Source: an uncultured Bacillota bacterium
Lineage (GTDB): Bacteria; Sysuimicrobiota; Sysuimicrobiia; Sysuimicrobiales; Segetimicrobiaceae
NCBI GenBank assembly: GCA_963804645.1
Contig: CAWDRG010000017.1
Span: forward strand, 576,001-640,000
Length of the DNA stretch: 64,000 bases
Direction of reading: 5' to 3'
A model generated the notes under the pieces. The model worked only from the letters and a program-made list of their open reading frames with translations, was not told where the DNA came from and did no database searches. The position numbers were made by a program, and so were the translations under genes. Of the stretch, positions 50,741-59,896 are shown in pieces; within the stretch, counting starts at the first letter, position 1, and the number at the start of each line of letters is the position of its first letter.

Positions 50741-51601
50741 GTGACTGTCGCGGGAAAACTGCGCCGCCTCATGGCTCTTCCGGGGGCTGTGATCGTCCCT
50801 GGCGCCCCCAACGCACTGACCGCGCGCATCGCTCAGGAAGTCGGATTCAAGATGGTGCTGTTCACCGGGGCGGGATTCGCCAATATGGAACTCGGGGTGC
50901 CGGATATCGGGCTCACCACCTTGACCGAGGTGGTCCAGCAAGTCGGGCACATGACCGACGCGCTCGATATTCCACTCCTAGTGGATGCGGATACCGGATA
51001 CGGCAACGCGCTGAACGTGCGCCGGACGGTCCGGGAGCTGGAACGAGCAGGTGCCGCGGGCATTATCCTCGAGGACCAAATGTTTCCCAAGCGCTGCGGC
51101 CACTTCGATGGCAAAGGGGTCATCACGAGCGAGGAGATGGTCGCGAAGATCCGCGCGGCGGTGGACGCCCGCAGGGATCCCGAGACAGTGATCGTCGCGC
51201 GCACCGATGCGCGGGCGGTCTTCGGCATTGACGACGCCTGCCGGCGGGCAGCCGCCTACGCCGGCGCCGGCGCTGACGTCGCCTTCGTCGAGGCTCCTCG
51301 CACGATCGACGAGCTCGCGATGATTCCCCGGAGCAGTCCTGTCCCCCAGTTGGTCAACATGGTGGAGGGCGGGAAGACACCGGTCCTGCCGACACGCACT
51401 CTCGAGGAGATGGGCTTCAAGTTCGTCGCCTACGCGAACTCTGCGCTTCGGGCGGCAATTAAGGGCATGCAGACCGTGCTTTCGGCGCTGGGCCGAGACG
51501 GATCGACCGATGCCGTGTTGGATCAGATGGCCTCGTGGGAGGAACGGCAGCGCCTGGTTGGGTTGCCCCACTATGCGGAACTCGAGACTCGCTATTCGTG
51601 A
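50741..51601 (+). CDS. Isocitrate lyase/PEP mutase superfamily enzyme (PrpB/2,3-dimethylmalate lyase-like)
   Basis: DADTGYG, LEDQMFPKRCGH, ARTDA, FVEAP, NMVEGGKTP. Confidence 0.9.
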   Translation: MTVAGKLRRLMALPGAVIVPGAPNALTARIAQEVGFKMVLFTGAGFANMELGVPDIGLTTLTEVVQQVGHMTDALDIPLLVDADTGYGNALNVRRTVRELERAGAAGIILEDQMFPKRCGHFDGKGVITSEEMVAKIRAAVDARRDPETVIVARTDARAVFGIDDACRRAAAYAGAGADVAFVEAPRTIDELAMIPRSSPVPQLVNMVEGGKTPVLPTRTLEEMGFKFVAYANSALRAAIKGMQTVLSALGRDGSTDAVLDQMASWEERQRLVGLPHYAELETRYS

Positions 51602-51634
51602 GGCGCCAGACTAACTGGGTCGAGAGGGGCGCTC

Positions 51635-52861
51635 ATGGGGCAAACGGCAGTTCAAAAGATCCTCTCCGCCCATGCCGGAGGCCGGCCACTCCGGCCCGGA
51701 GAGCTCGTGTGGGTGCAGGTCGACTGGGCATGCATCGACGACGTGCAGTGGCCCATTTTCAAACAGGCATTTGCCGACCTCGGGGGAACCATCAAATACC
51801 CGGATCGGGTGATTACCATCGCCGATCACTACCTGCCCCCATCCACCATTGATCAGGCGGAGACCGTCGCCGAACTGCGGGCCTTCACCCGTGCGCACGA
51901 TTTGGCGCACGGGTTCTTCGAGGAAGGGGTGAAGCATCAGGTGTTCGTTGAGGCCGGCCTCCTCAAGCCGGGTGATCTCCTTGTGGCCACCGATTCCCAC
52001 ACTCCGACCGCAGGGGCTGCCGGGACGATCGGCATCGCGATGGGACCGACGGAAGTGGCCGGAGCGTTTGCATTTGGTGACGTCTGGCTACGCGTGCCGC
52101 ACACGATCCGCGTGGTCTTGGACGGCACGCTGCCTCGGATGGTGTTTGCAAAAGACGTCGCGTTGTCCATCCTCGGCCGCGAAGGGACCCGTTTTGGAAA
52201 CTACCGGGTGCTCGAATTTTCCGGGTCTGCGCTGGACGGGATGAGCCTCTCGGACCGCATGACATTGTGCAACATGGGGACCGAGATGGGAGCGAAGGCA
52301 ACGATGGCGGCGCCCGAGGCGCATGAGTGTGCGCTGGTGGTGTCCGACCCTGACGCGGAGTTTGAGCGGGAGATTCACGTGGATGTGGCGACCTTGGAGC
52401 CACTCGTGGCGGCCCCGTCCAGTCCATCGAACGTGGATGCCGTCTCGGCGTTCCGCGACGTAAGAGTCGATCAGGCATTCATCGGGTCGTGCGCCAACGC
52501 GACCTACGATGACCTCGCCGTGGTCGCGCTGATCCTGCGCGGGCGGCGCGTGGCGTCCGGCGTCCAGCTAATCGTGACCCCCTCGTCGATCGGCGCGTAC
52601 CGGCGGGCGATGGCGGAGGGGATCGTCGATACGCTTCTCGACGCCAACGCGGTGGTGACGAACCCGGGCTGCGGCGCTTGCGCGGGGCTGCACAGCGGCG
52701 TCCTCGGACCAGGTCAGGTCCGCATCTCCTCGCAGAACCGGAACTTCGTTGGACGAAGCGGCCACCGCGACGCCCACATCTACCTGGCATCGCCGGCCGT
52801 CGTGGCGGCCTCGGCGATCACCGGGCACATCTCTGATCCACGCGAGGTAGCGATCCGTTGA
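51635..52861 (+). CDS. Aconitase-family hydratase large subunit (LeuC/HacA-like)
   Basis: IADH, DSHT, TLCNMGTEMGAK, IGSCAN, CGACAG, NRNFVGR, YLASP. Confidence 0.92.
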   Translation: MGQTAVQKILSAHAGGRPLRPGELVWVQVDWACIDDVQWPIFKQAFADLGGTIKYPDRVITIADHYLPPSTIDQAETVAELRAFTRAHDLAHGFFEEGVKHQVFVEAGLLKPGDLLVATDSHTPTAGAAGTIGIAMGPTEVAGAFAFGDVWLRVPHTIRVVLDGTLPRMVFAKDVALSILGREGTRFGNYRVLEFSGSALDGMSLSDRMTLCNMGTEMGAKATMAAPEAHECALVVSDPDAEFEREIHVDVATLEPLVAAPSSPSNVDAVSAFRDVRVDQAFIGSCANATYDDLAVVALILRGRRVASGVQLIVTPSSIGAYRRAMAEGIVDTLLDANAVVTNPGCGACAGLHSGVLGPGQVRISSQNRNFVGRSGHRDAHIYLASPAVVAASAITGHISDPREVAIR

Positions 52862-53378
52862 CCGCGGCGCGCACGGTGATTGAAGGCCGGTGTTGGATCT
52901 TCGGCGATGATGTCGATACGGACGCGATCATCTCGGCGCGGTACCTGGGACTGCGCGACGATGCCAAGATGGCCGAGCACGCGATGGAGTCACTGGACCC
53001 CACCTTCGGGGTGGCGTGCCGCCCCGGCGACATTGTGGTGGCGGGCGAGTCGTTCGGGGCGGGATCGTCCCGGGAAGCTGCGGCCCGCGTGTTTAAGCCC
53101 TTGGGGTCGGAGCGATCGTCGTGGCGTCCTATGCGCGGATCTTTTTTCGAAACGCGATCAACAACGGGCTGTACGCTGTCGAGGCGCCGGGTGTGCAGTC
53201 GATCGCTGAGGCCGGCCGGCCTCTCCAGATCGATCTCCACCAGGGGAGCGTCCGGAATCCGGAGACCAACGCGATTGTGCGGATCTCACCATGGTCGCCG
53301 ATGATTCTCGCCCTGGTCGAAGAGGGCGGCTTGGTCCCGTTTCTCAAGAGCGGCCGCCGCGACCGCGTGGTGGAATGA
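52858..53378 (+). pseudogene. Aconitase-family small subunit (LeuD/HacB-like), split by a 1-nt frameshift near 53098
   Basis: GDDVDTDAII...FGAGSSRE in one frame and SYARIFFRNAINNG...GGLV in another. Confidence 0.85.
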
Positions 53379-53420
53379 CCCCGCCAGCCCGAGCGAAGGC
53401 GTAGGAATGCGGTGGAAGGT

Positions 53421-53624
53421 ATGACCACCGGTTCCGTCCCGTGGCACCGACCCGGGCAATGGCGCGTCAACCCGATGTACTCGGACTCCGGGGCGCTCGC
53501 GGAGCGCGCAGGGATGCCGATCCGGGTGCACTTCATCGACAGTGGCTCTCGGAGATCTGCCTGTTCCTGTGGCAGGCGGCCGTCGCGGCGGCGTGCCGTG
53601 TCGCGGCACGTCGAGTCGATTTAA
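53421..53624 (+). pseudogene. Truncated paralog of the N-terminus of the downstream DRE-TIM gene
   Basis: PWHRPGQWRVNPMY..LAERAGMP..V..ID matches PWHRPGQWLVNPAY..LAERAGMP..V..ID. Confidence 0.75.
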
Positions 53625-53663
53625 GGCACACGCGTCCACCCCATCTTCGAGGAGGTCACGCTC

Positions 53664-54947
53664 ATGTCCAGTTCCACACCGTGGCACCGACCGGGCCAGT
53701 GGCTTGTCAATCCGGCGTACTGGGACGCCGAGGTGCTCGCCGAGCGGGCCGGTATGCCCACCGAGGTACGCATCATCGACTGCACGCTGACCGAAGGAGA
53801 CGACTGCGTTGGCCATCAGCTCAACTGGAATACGCGCCTGGAGTTGATGCGGCGGCTCGATGCTGTGGGGGTTGGGGAGATCACACTCCCCAGCCACGCG
53901 ATGAAGGAGGATGAGCGGGACCTCGCCCGCGCGTACCGCCGTCTCGGATGCAAGACGCCGCTCGCCGGGAAGGGCCCCTCGGTCCCGATCCCGCTGGCGG
54001 GTGATTGGCGCGGGCCGATCAACGAGCAGATCGACCTGGGCGTCGAGACAGTCTGTCCGCTGTACATCTGGTCCTACGACGACGTGGTGTCCGACTTCAC
54101 CGGCGCGCTCAGCAAGCAGGTGATCGTCGACAGCATCAGCGAGGCGACGGCCTACACGAAGTCGCAGGGCGTGCGGGTCGTCCCCTGGCTCGCCGACACG
54201 ATGAGAACCCGGGTGGACTCCATCGTCACGTTCGCGCGCGCGCTCGCCGGCGCCGGCGCCGATGGCGTCTACCTGGTGGACAGCCGCGGTAACAGCAATC
54301 CGCTGGCCTCCCGGTTGCAGGTGCGGCGCGTCAAAGCGGCGATCGGCATATGCGACGTGTACGTCCAGCACCACAACGATCTCGGGTGCGCGACCGCCAA
54401 CTCGCTGGCGGCCGTCGAGGGCGGCGCGACCTGGATCGACGCCACGGTGATCGGCATCGGCGACCGCGGTGGGACGTGCGCGATCGAAGAGATCGCGGCG
54501 GTGCTGGAGGTCTACGGCGTCCGGACCGGCATCAAGCTGGACGCCTTGTACGACCTGGCCAACTTCACGCGCGAGGCGTTCGGGGTCACGTTGGCCCCGT
54601 GGAAACCCCTGGTGGGCGAGAACTGGAATCGGGAGGAAGGCCTTGGGCACCTCAGCGGCGCGACCGTCTCGGAGGCCTCCATCGGCATCGCGCCAGAAGT
54701 GCTCGGACGACGGTTCGAGTCCGGTATCGGCGCGAAGATTCTGTTCGGGCGAGAACGCAGCAGTGCAACCACGAGCGAACCCCTATTCCTCAAGAAACTG
54801 ATCGCGGAGTGGGGCCTCACGATCGACGAGGGAGGATGGCAGACCATCCTCCGCCGGGCCAGAGCTGCGGTGGCAACATCGTACACCCGGCACTATCTGA
54901 CGATCGACGAGTTTCGCGGCATCTGCGAAAGCGTGGTGGACGCCTGA
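53664..54947 (+). CDS. DRE-TIM metallolyase (LeuA/homocitrate synthase-like), atypical active site
   Basis: IIDCTLTEG, HNDLGCATANSLAAVEGGA, GIGDRGG, PWKPLVG. Confidence 0.82.
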   Translation: MSSSTPWHRPGQWLVNPAYWDAEVLAERAGMPTEVRIIDCTLTEGDDCVGHQLNWNTRLELMRRLDAVGVGEITLPSHAMKEDERDLARAYRRLGCKTPLAGKGPSVPIPLAGDWRGPINEQIDLGVETVCPLYIWSYDDVVSDFTGALSKQVIVDSISEATAYTKSQGVRVVPWLADTMRTRVDSIVTFARALAGAGADGVYLVDSRGNSNPLASRLQVRRVKAAIGICDVYVQHHNDLGCATANSLAAVEGGATWIDATVIGIGDRGGTCAIEEIAAVLEVYGVRTGIKLDALYDLANFTREAFGVTLAPWKPLVGENWNREEGLGHLSGATVSEASIGIAPEVLGRRFESGIGAKILFGRERSSATTSEPLFLKKLIAEWGLTIDEGGWQTILRRARAAVATSYTRHYLTIDEFRGICESVVDA

Positions 54948-54997
54948 CCTTCCAACTCATACCGGGCGGAGGCGTCCTGTCGAACTACTACAAGGGG

Positions 54998-55031
54998 AGG
55001 TCGGAACTGTGGACCTTCGGGCCCAGCGGGG
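54998..55031 (+). repeat. Dispersed direct repeat, copy 3
   Basis: AGGTCGGAACTGTGGACCTTCGGGCCCAGCGGGG. Confidence 0.75.
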
Positions 55032-55146
55032 TGTGATTGCAACGTATCCACAGCCGGCCCGCGAGCACGGCACGCCGGACCACAACGGTATCTCGTCTTG
55101 CCTAATCGATCCCATGCCGCGGCTTGACGGTCTGGCCGCAAGCTGG

Positions 55147-56469
55147 CTACGCTTGCATGGCAGCAACCAATTCCCGGATATCGGGCACCTCTTCGATATG
55201 ATCGACCAATTGCGCCAACGCGATGGCGGCTGAGCTCGTGAGAATGCCGTCCACCAAGCCAAAGTATTTGTGACGCAGTGCTTTTTCGCCAAGCGGATTA
55301 TTCGCACCGCCGCGAGCTGGGAGTGGGCCAACCTCGTGCCGCTTCCCGTCCCGGGTCACGACGGCCACACGAGCCAACGTCTCATCGGGAAATCGCGCAT
55401 CAAGATCGGGCGCGAGTGTGACCTGAATCCGCTGCGCCATCTCGAGGGACTGCGGATCGTTCCATCCACCATTGGTCACCTGTTCCCGGCCAAATGCCCC
55501 ATGCACGGCCGACGCGGCCACGCAGTACGGCAGACTGTACTCGGCCTCTTCCTGACTGCGAGGGATTCGTACCTGTCCGTCGAGCGCGGCGCCGAATGTC
55601 GCGATTTCAATCCGTGCAATCTCTTCCGGCTCGACACGTAGACGAGCGCGCAACGTGAGCGTGCCCTCTATCGCAGGCTGGAACCAACGGCAGCACGGGT
55701 AGGGCTTGAAGTACAGTTCCTTGATCTCGTATTCGTGTCCAAGCGTGTCGAGCGGGGCATTGTATCGTCCATCCGCAAATAACGCGGGAATGGCGGTGAA
55801 CCCGTGCTGGGCCAGGAGGACAGCCGACACCCCCACGAACGCACCCCAGGCGACTCCATCTTTCGTCATCGATGGGTGGGCGATTTCGCGAAGGGTAGGC
55901 ATCAATGGAGCGTGGCACTCGGCGGCACCGAGGGCGTGGCCGAGGCGTCCCGCGTCGAGACGGAGGAGTCGCCCACAGGCAGCCGCCACGCCCACGGCCC
56001 CCCAACTTCCGGAGCAGTGATAGACGTTCCCGTAGCTCGGCCGCATGATGAGACCCGCCCGAATCCCAACCTCGTACCCGACGATCAGCGCTTCGAGCAG
56101 ATCCGCACCACTCACACGTCGACTCTCTCCCAACGCCAGGACGGCGGGGAACACCACCGCGCCGGGATGCCCGACGATCTTCCGGTATCCATCATCGATA
56201 TCGAGAGCGTTCGCCATGAACCCGTTCACAAGAGCGGCGCCCGGTGCGGCGACGCGAAGACTCGAGCGAAGAATCGTCGCCTCCGGAGGCCCCGCGAGCG
56301 TCGTTCGAACAAAATCCGTGAGAATGACCGCGCCAGGGGCAGATGTGCCGCCCAAGGTCGCACCAATCAGGTCGAGGAGGCATGTTTTGGCCTGCGCAAC
56401 CACCTGCCCAGGTACTCGGGTCAGTGTCTCGTTCATGATGTAGTGGATCACGCGCGCATTCCCGTCCAT
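55147..56469 (-). CDS. MmgE/PrpD family protein
   Basis: NALDIDDG, GHPG, GYEVG, FKPYPCC, YSLPYCVA. Confidence 0.9.
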   Translation of the reverse strand: MDGNARVIHYIMNETLTRVPGQVVAQAKTCLLDLIGATLGGTSAPGAVILTDFVRTTLAGPPEATILRSSLRVAAPGAALVNGFMANALDIDDGYRKIVGHPGAVVFPAVLALGESRRVSGADLLEALIVGYEVGIRAGLIMRPSYGNVYHCSGSWGAVGVAAACGRLLRLDAGRLGHALGAAECHAPLMPTLREIAHPSMTKDGVAWGAFVGVSAVLLAQHGFTAIPALFADGRYNAPLDTLGHEYEIKELYFKPYPCCRWFQPAIEGTLTLRARLRVEPEEIARIEIATFGAALDGQVRIPRSQEEAEYSLPYCVAASAVHGAFGREQVTNGGWNDPQSLEMAQRIQVTLAPDLDARFPDETLARVAVVTRDGKRHEVGPLPARGGANNPLGEKALRHKYFGLVDGILTSSAAIALAQLVDHIEEVPDIRELVAAMQA

Positions 56470-56554
56470 GCATCCCCCCACCACGCCCGGGACGTCGATC
56501 AGGGTGACAGTACCATCGGGCGCAGGCAACACCAACTGGGGCCGTTCTTTGATG

Positions 56555-57493
56555 CTAGGCACCGCGCGCGTCGTGCTTGAAGGAGGCGGCGGTGGTTCGA
56601 ATGCCGTCAGCGTACGGGGTGCCCGCGAAACCGAACTCCCTGGCAAATTTGCTAGCACTGAAGAGGTACGGCGAGTCGAATTGATAGAGCATTTCATAAT
56701 TTTCGGCGACGAGCGGATTGAACCATCCGGCGAGTCGCATCATCAGCCGACTCAGCACGCGATATCTTGGAGCCACCCCAAATTCGTTCGCGGCGAGGGC
56801 GATAAACTGCCTGCCGGGAAGCGGATCTCGTGCGGTGGGGAGATGCCAGGTCTGATTCCAGGCGGATGCCGAATCGGCGAGCTGCACCAGGCCGCGCGCG
56901 GCATCCGGCGTGTAGGTGCACGAGTGCGGAACCGCATCGTTCACGAGCCATGAGGCGCTCCGGTGTCTCGAGAACGGCTCGAAGACAAGCACATTCGGCA
57001 CCCCGTTGAGTGTGTCGGGGCCGTAGAAATCGGCGGAACGCGCAATCATCCCGGTGAGCCCGCCGGCCTGCCACTCGTTGATGAGGGTGGTGGCGATCTT
57101 CGCCCGTACTTCGCCTTTCTTGCTGCAGGGGTTGAAGGGCGTGTCCTCGGTCATAGGACCGCTGACCTTGCCGTACAGGTACACGTTGTCAAAGAAGATG
57201 AGCTTCGTGCCGGCGCGCTTGCACGCTTCGATGGCGTTGTGCATGATACGCGGCCACTGCTCCTGCCAGACTTTGTGGTCGTACTTGAGGCCGGCGAGTA
57301 AAATCGCGATGCTGGCACCGGCGACGGCGCGGATCGTCTGGTCCCGATCCGTGAGATCGGCCGAGACCGCTTCCGCCGCGCCGGGAATCTCCCGCGGAGT
57401 GCGGCCGACGAGGCGGCACGGCTGCTTCCGCTCCACCAGGAGCTTGACCAGTTCGTTTCCAATCGCGCCGCCTGCACCGAGGATGGTGATCAT
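56555..57493 (-). CDS. NAD-dependent epimerase/dehydratase family protein
   Basis: TILGAGGAIG, FDNVYLYG, SKKGEVR, RSADFYG. Confidence 0.88.
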   Translation of the reverse strand: MITILGAGGAIGNELVKLLVERKQPCRLVGRTPREIPGAAEAVSADLTDRDQTIRAVAGASIAILLAGLKYDHKVWQEQWPRIMHNAIEACKRAGTKLIFFDNVYLYGKVSGPMTEDTPFNPCSKKGEVRAKIATTLINEWQAGGLTGMIARSADFYGPDTLNGVPNVLVFEPFSRHRSASWLVNDAVPHSCTYTPDAARGLVQLADSASAWNQTWHLPTARDPLPGRQFIALAANEFGVAPRYRVLSRLMMRLAGWFNPLVAENYEMLYQFDSPYLFSASKFAREFGFAGTPYADGIRTTAASFKHDARGA

Positions 57494-57744
57494 CGCGACC
57501 ATGCCTTTCGCGCGTCCTGCGATCGTGTCCTGTAGGGTCTGGAACGGACCGGCGTGGAGCGCCGCCTTTGGGCCTCGGCGGCGCGGCATCTCGGGCCAGT
57601 CATTCAGGGATCGCGCCGTCGTGCGCCACGGCACACCGGCAGTGCGGTCGCGGCACCCGCACGGGTCGCGGGCTCGCCGCGCGGCTCAGTCATCGGCCGG
57701 TGCGGCGAGCCGAAGCGCACCGGCCGGCCCCGCATCCTCTCGCG

Positions 57745-58653
57745 TTACCCCCGAAGGAGATTCCTCACGAAAAAGAGCACGTTCGCCGGACGCTCGGCGA
57801 GACGCCGCATGAAATAAGGGTACCAATCCGCCCCGAATGGGGTCGCGATCATGACGCGGCGACCCTCCGCCAGCAAGCGGCGCTGCAGCTGCGGGCGGAC
57901 GCCGTACAGCATCTGGAACTCGTAGGTCCCCGCGGGCACGCCGTGCGTCTGAATGAACCCAATGGCCTCGGTGATCACGCGGTCGTCGTGCGTGGCGATC
58001 GCCGTGTACCCTCCGTGCTCGAGCGAGCGGGTGATCAACCGGACGAGGTTCGCATCGACGTCGGCCTTGTTCGGAAACGCGACGTCCGGGGGTTCGAGGT
58101 ACGCGCCCTTCACCAGCCGGAGGTTCGGGCGCAGCGGCAGCAGCGCGTCAAGATCCTGCGCGGTGCGGTACAGGTAGGCCTGCAGCACCGTGCCCACGTT
58201 CTCGTGCCCGGCGGCGCGGAGCCGCTGGTAGATCCGCAGCGTCGGGTCGACCCGCGCCGACTCTTCCATGTCGATCCGCACGAACTGTCCGTGGCCGGCC
58301 GCGTGGGCGACGAGGCGCGCGACGTTGCCGAACGCGGTATCCTCGCCGACGTTCAATCCCAAATGGGTCAGCTTCACGGCGAGCCGCGTCGGCAGCCGCT
58401 CGCTCGCGAGGCGGTCCAGCACGGCGACGTATTCGTCCGCGATCGCCGACGCGGCCGGGACGTCGTCCACGCCTTCTCCGAGCAGGGTGGTGTTGGTGTC
58501 GAACCCCGCCGCGGTCAACCGCTTCAGCACCGCCACGCACTCGTCCAAGGTCTCGCCGGCGATGAACCGCCCCGCCCCGAGGCGCATCCCGTACCGCCGC
58601 ATCCACCGGATGATCGCGGCGTGCGTCGAGAGTTTCAGGATCCCGCGCCGCAT
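57745..58653 (-). CDS. Proline dehydrogenase (monofunctional)
   Basis: RFIAGE, VKLTHLG, RIDME, LQAYLYR, RLVKGAY, IATHD, EFQMLYG, YFMRRLAERPAN. Confidence 0.93.
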   Translation of the reverse strand: MRRGILKLSTHAAIIRWMRRYGMRLGAGRFIAGETLDECVAVLKRLTAAGFDTNTTLLGEGVDDVPAASAIADEYVAVLDRLASERLPTRLAVKLTHLGLNVGEDTAFGNVARLVAHAAGHGQFVRIDMEESARVDPTLRIYQRLRAAGHENVGTVLQAYLYRTAQDLDALLPLRPNLRLVKGAYLEPPDVAFPNKADVDANLVRLITRSLEHGGYTAIATHDDRVITEAIGFIQTHGVPAGTYEFQMLYGVRPQLQRRLLAEGRRVMIATPFGADWYPYFMRRLAERPANVLFFVRNLLRG

Positions 58654-58945
58654 CACGGCGTTTACCGACAGGTCCACGCTGCCTCCCGCGAGGTGCCGCC
58701 CGCACCGGCCGCCCGATGGCGGTCGCCGCCCGGGTGCCCCCACGCCCCCCGAAGAGTGTTGGCGGAAGTCCGCCGCAATCCTCCGGCGCGGCGGACCAGG
58801 AGAGGCCGACCGGTATCCCGTAGTCCCAGAGTGATGAGGGCAGGACACCGTTGCCTCGCTCCCCGAGTCCGCGCAGGACGCGCGCGCCCGACGATCGACG
58901 CGAGGCGGCCCGCGCCGTGATGCCCGCCGTGGGGCGGCCTCACCG

Positions 58946-59896
58946 GTGAAGACATACCTGCCCCGTCGGCTCCTTGCCGCCCTGCTCGCCGCGGTCGCCG
59001 TCTCGGCGCTCATCTTTGTGCTCGTCCGACTGGCGCCGGGCGATGCCGTAACGATGTGGGTCGGACAGGAAGGCACCATGACCCCCGAAGTCCGGGACAC
59101 GCTGCGCACGATGTTCGGCCTGTCGGAACCGATCCCGGCGCAGTACGCGCGGTGGCTCGGGAACGCGGTGCGCGGCAACCTGGGCTACTCGTTCCGGTCC
59201 CGGCTGCCGGTCGCCTCGCTGCTGGGGAGCGCCCTGCCGATCACCGTGGAACTCACCGCGCTCGCGATGCTCCTCGCGGTCGCCATCGCGCTGCCGCTCG
59301 GCATCATCTCGGCGGTCAAGCGCGACACCCCCGCCGACGTGCTCGCGCGCCTGCTGGGCCTCGTCGGCTTTTCGATGCCGAGCTTCTGGCTCGCGGTCCT
59401 GCTGGTGCTCGGCAGCGCGACCTATTTCAAGTGGCTGCCCGCGCTGCTGTACGTGAGCCTCGCGAAAAGCCCGGTCGAAAATCTCAAGCAGATGCTCATG
59501 CCCGCGGTCTCGCTGGGGCTGCCGCTGATGGCGGTGCTGATGCGGATGACCCGTTCCACGATGTTGGACGTGCTCGGTCAGGACTACGTCCGGACGGCGC
59601 GGGCGAAGGGGGTCTCGGTGCGGGCGACGCTGTGGCGCCACGCGCTCCGGAACGCGCTGATCCCGATCGTCACCGTGCTCGGCATCCAGCTCGGACGCCT
59701 GCTCGGGGGCGCGGTCATCGTGGAGCAGATCTTCGGCGTCCCCGGCGTGGGGACGGCGCTCGTCGCCGCGATCTTCCAGCGCGACTACCCAATGGTCCAG
59801 GGGACCGTGCTGGTGATGGGCCTCCTGTTCATCGCGGTGCAGTGCCTGGTCGACCTGAGCTACGCCTACATCGATCCCCGCGTGCGGTACGGATGA
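58946..59896 (+). CDS. ABC transporter permease, DppB/OppB family
   Basis: TRSTMLDVLGQDYVRTARAKG, HALRNALIP, RDYP. Confidence 0.95.
   Translation: MKTYLPRRLLAALLAAVAVSALIFVLVRLAPGDAVTMWVGQEGTMTPEVRDTLRTMFGLSEPIPAQYARWLGNAVRGNLGYSFRSRLPVASLLGSALPITVELTALAMLLAVAIALPLGIISAVKRDTPADVLARLLGLVGFSMPSFWLAVLLVLGSATYFKWLPALLYVSLAKSPVENLKQMLMPAVSLGLPLMAVLMRMTRSTMLDVLGQDYVRTARAKGVSVRATLWRHALRNALIPIVTVLGIQLGRLLGGAVIVEQIFGVPGVGTALVAAIFQRDYPMVQGTVLVMGLLFIAVQCLVDLSYAYIDPRVRYG

Noticed and set aside
50741..51601. PEP mutase / phosphonate biosynthesis cluster
   Set aside because: The motif is EDQ..PKRCGH (ICL/PrpB type), not the PepM EDK-x5-NS motif.
47345..55031. CRISPR array reading of the direct repeats
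   Set aside because: Spacing is about 1 kb and 6.6 kb, the copies are degenerate, and there are no cas genes.
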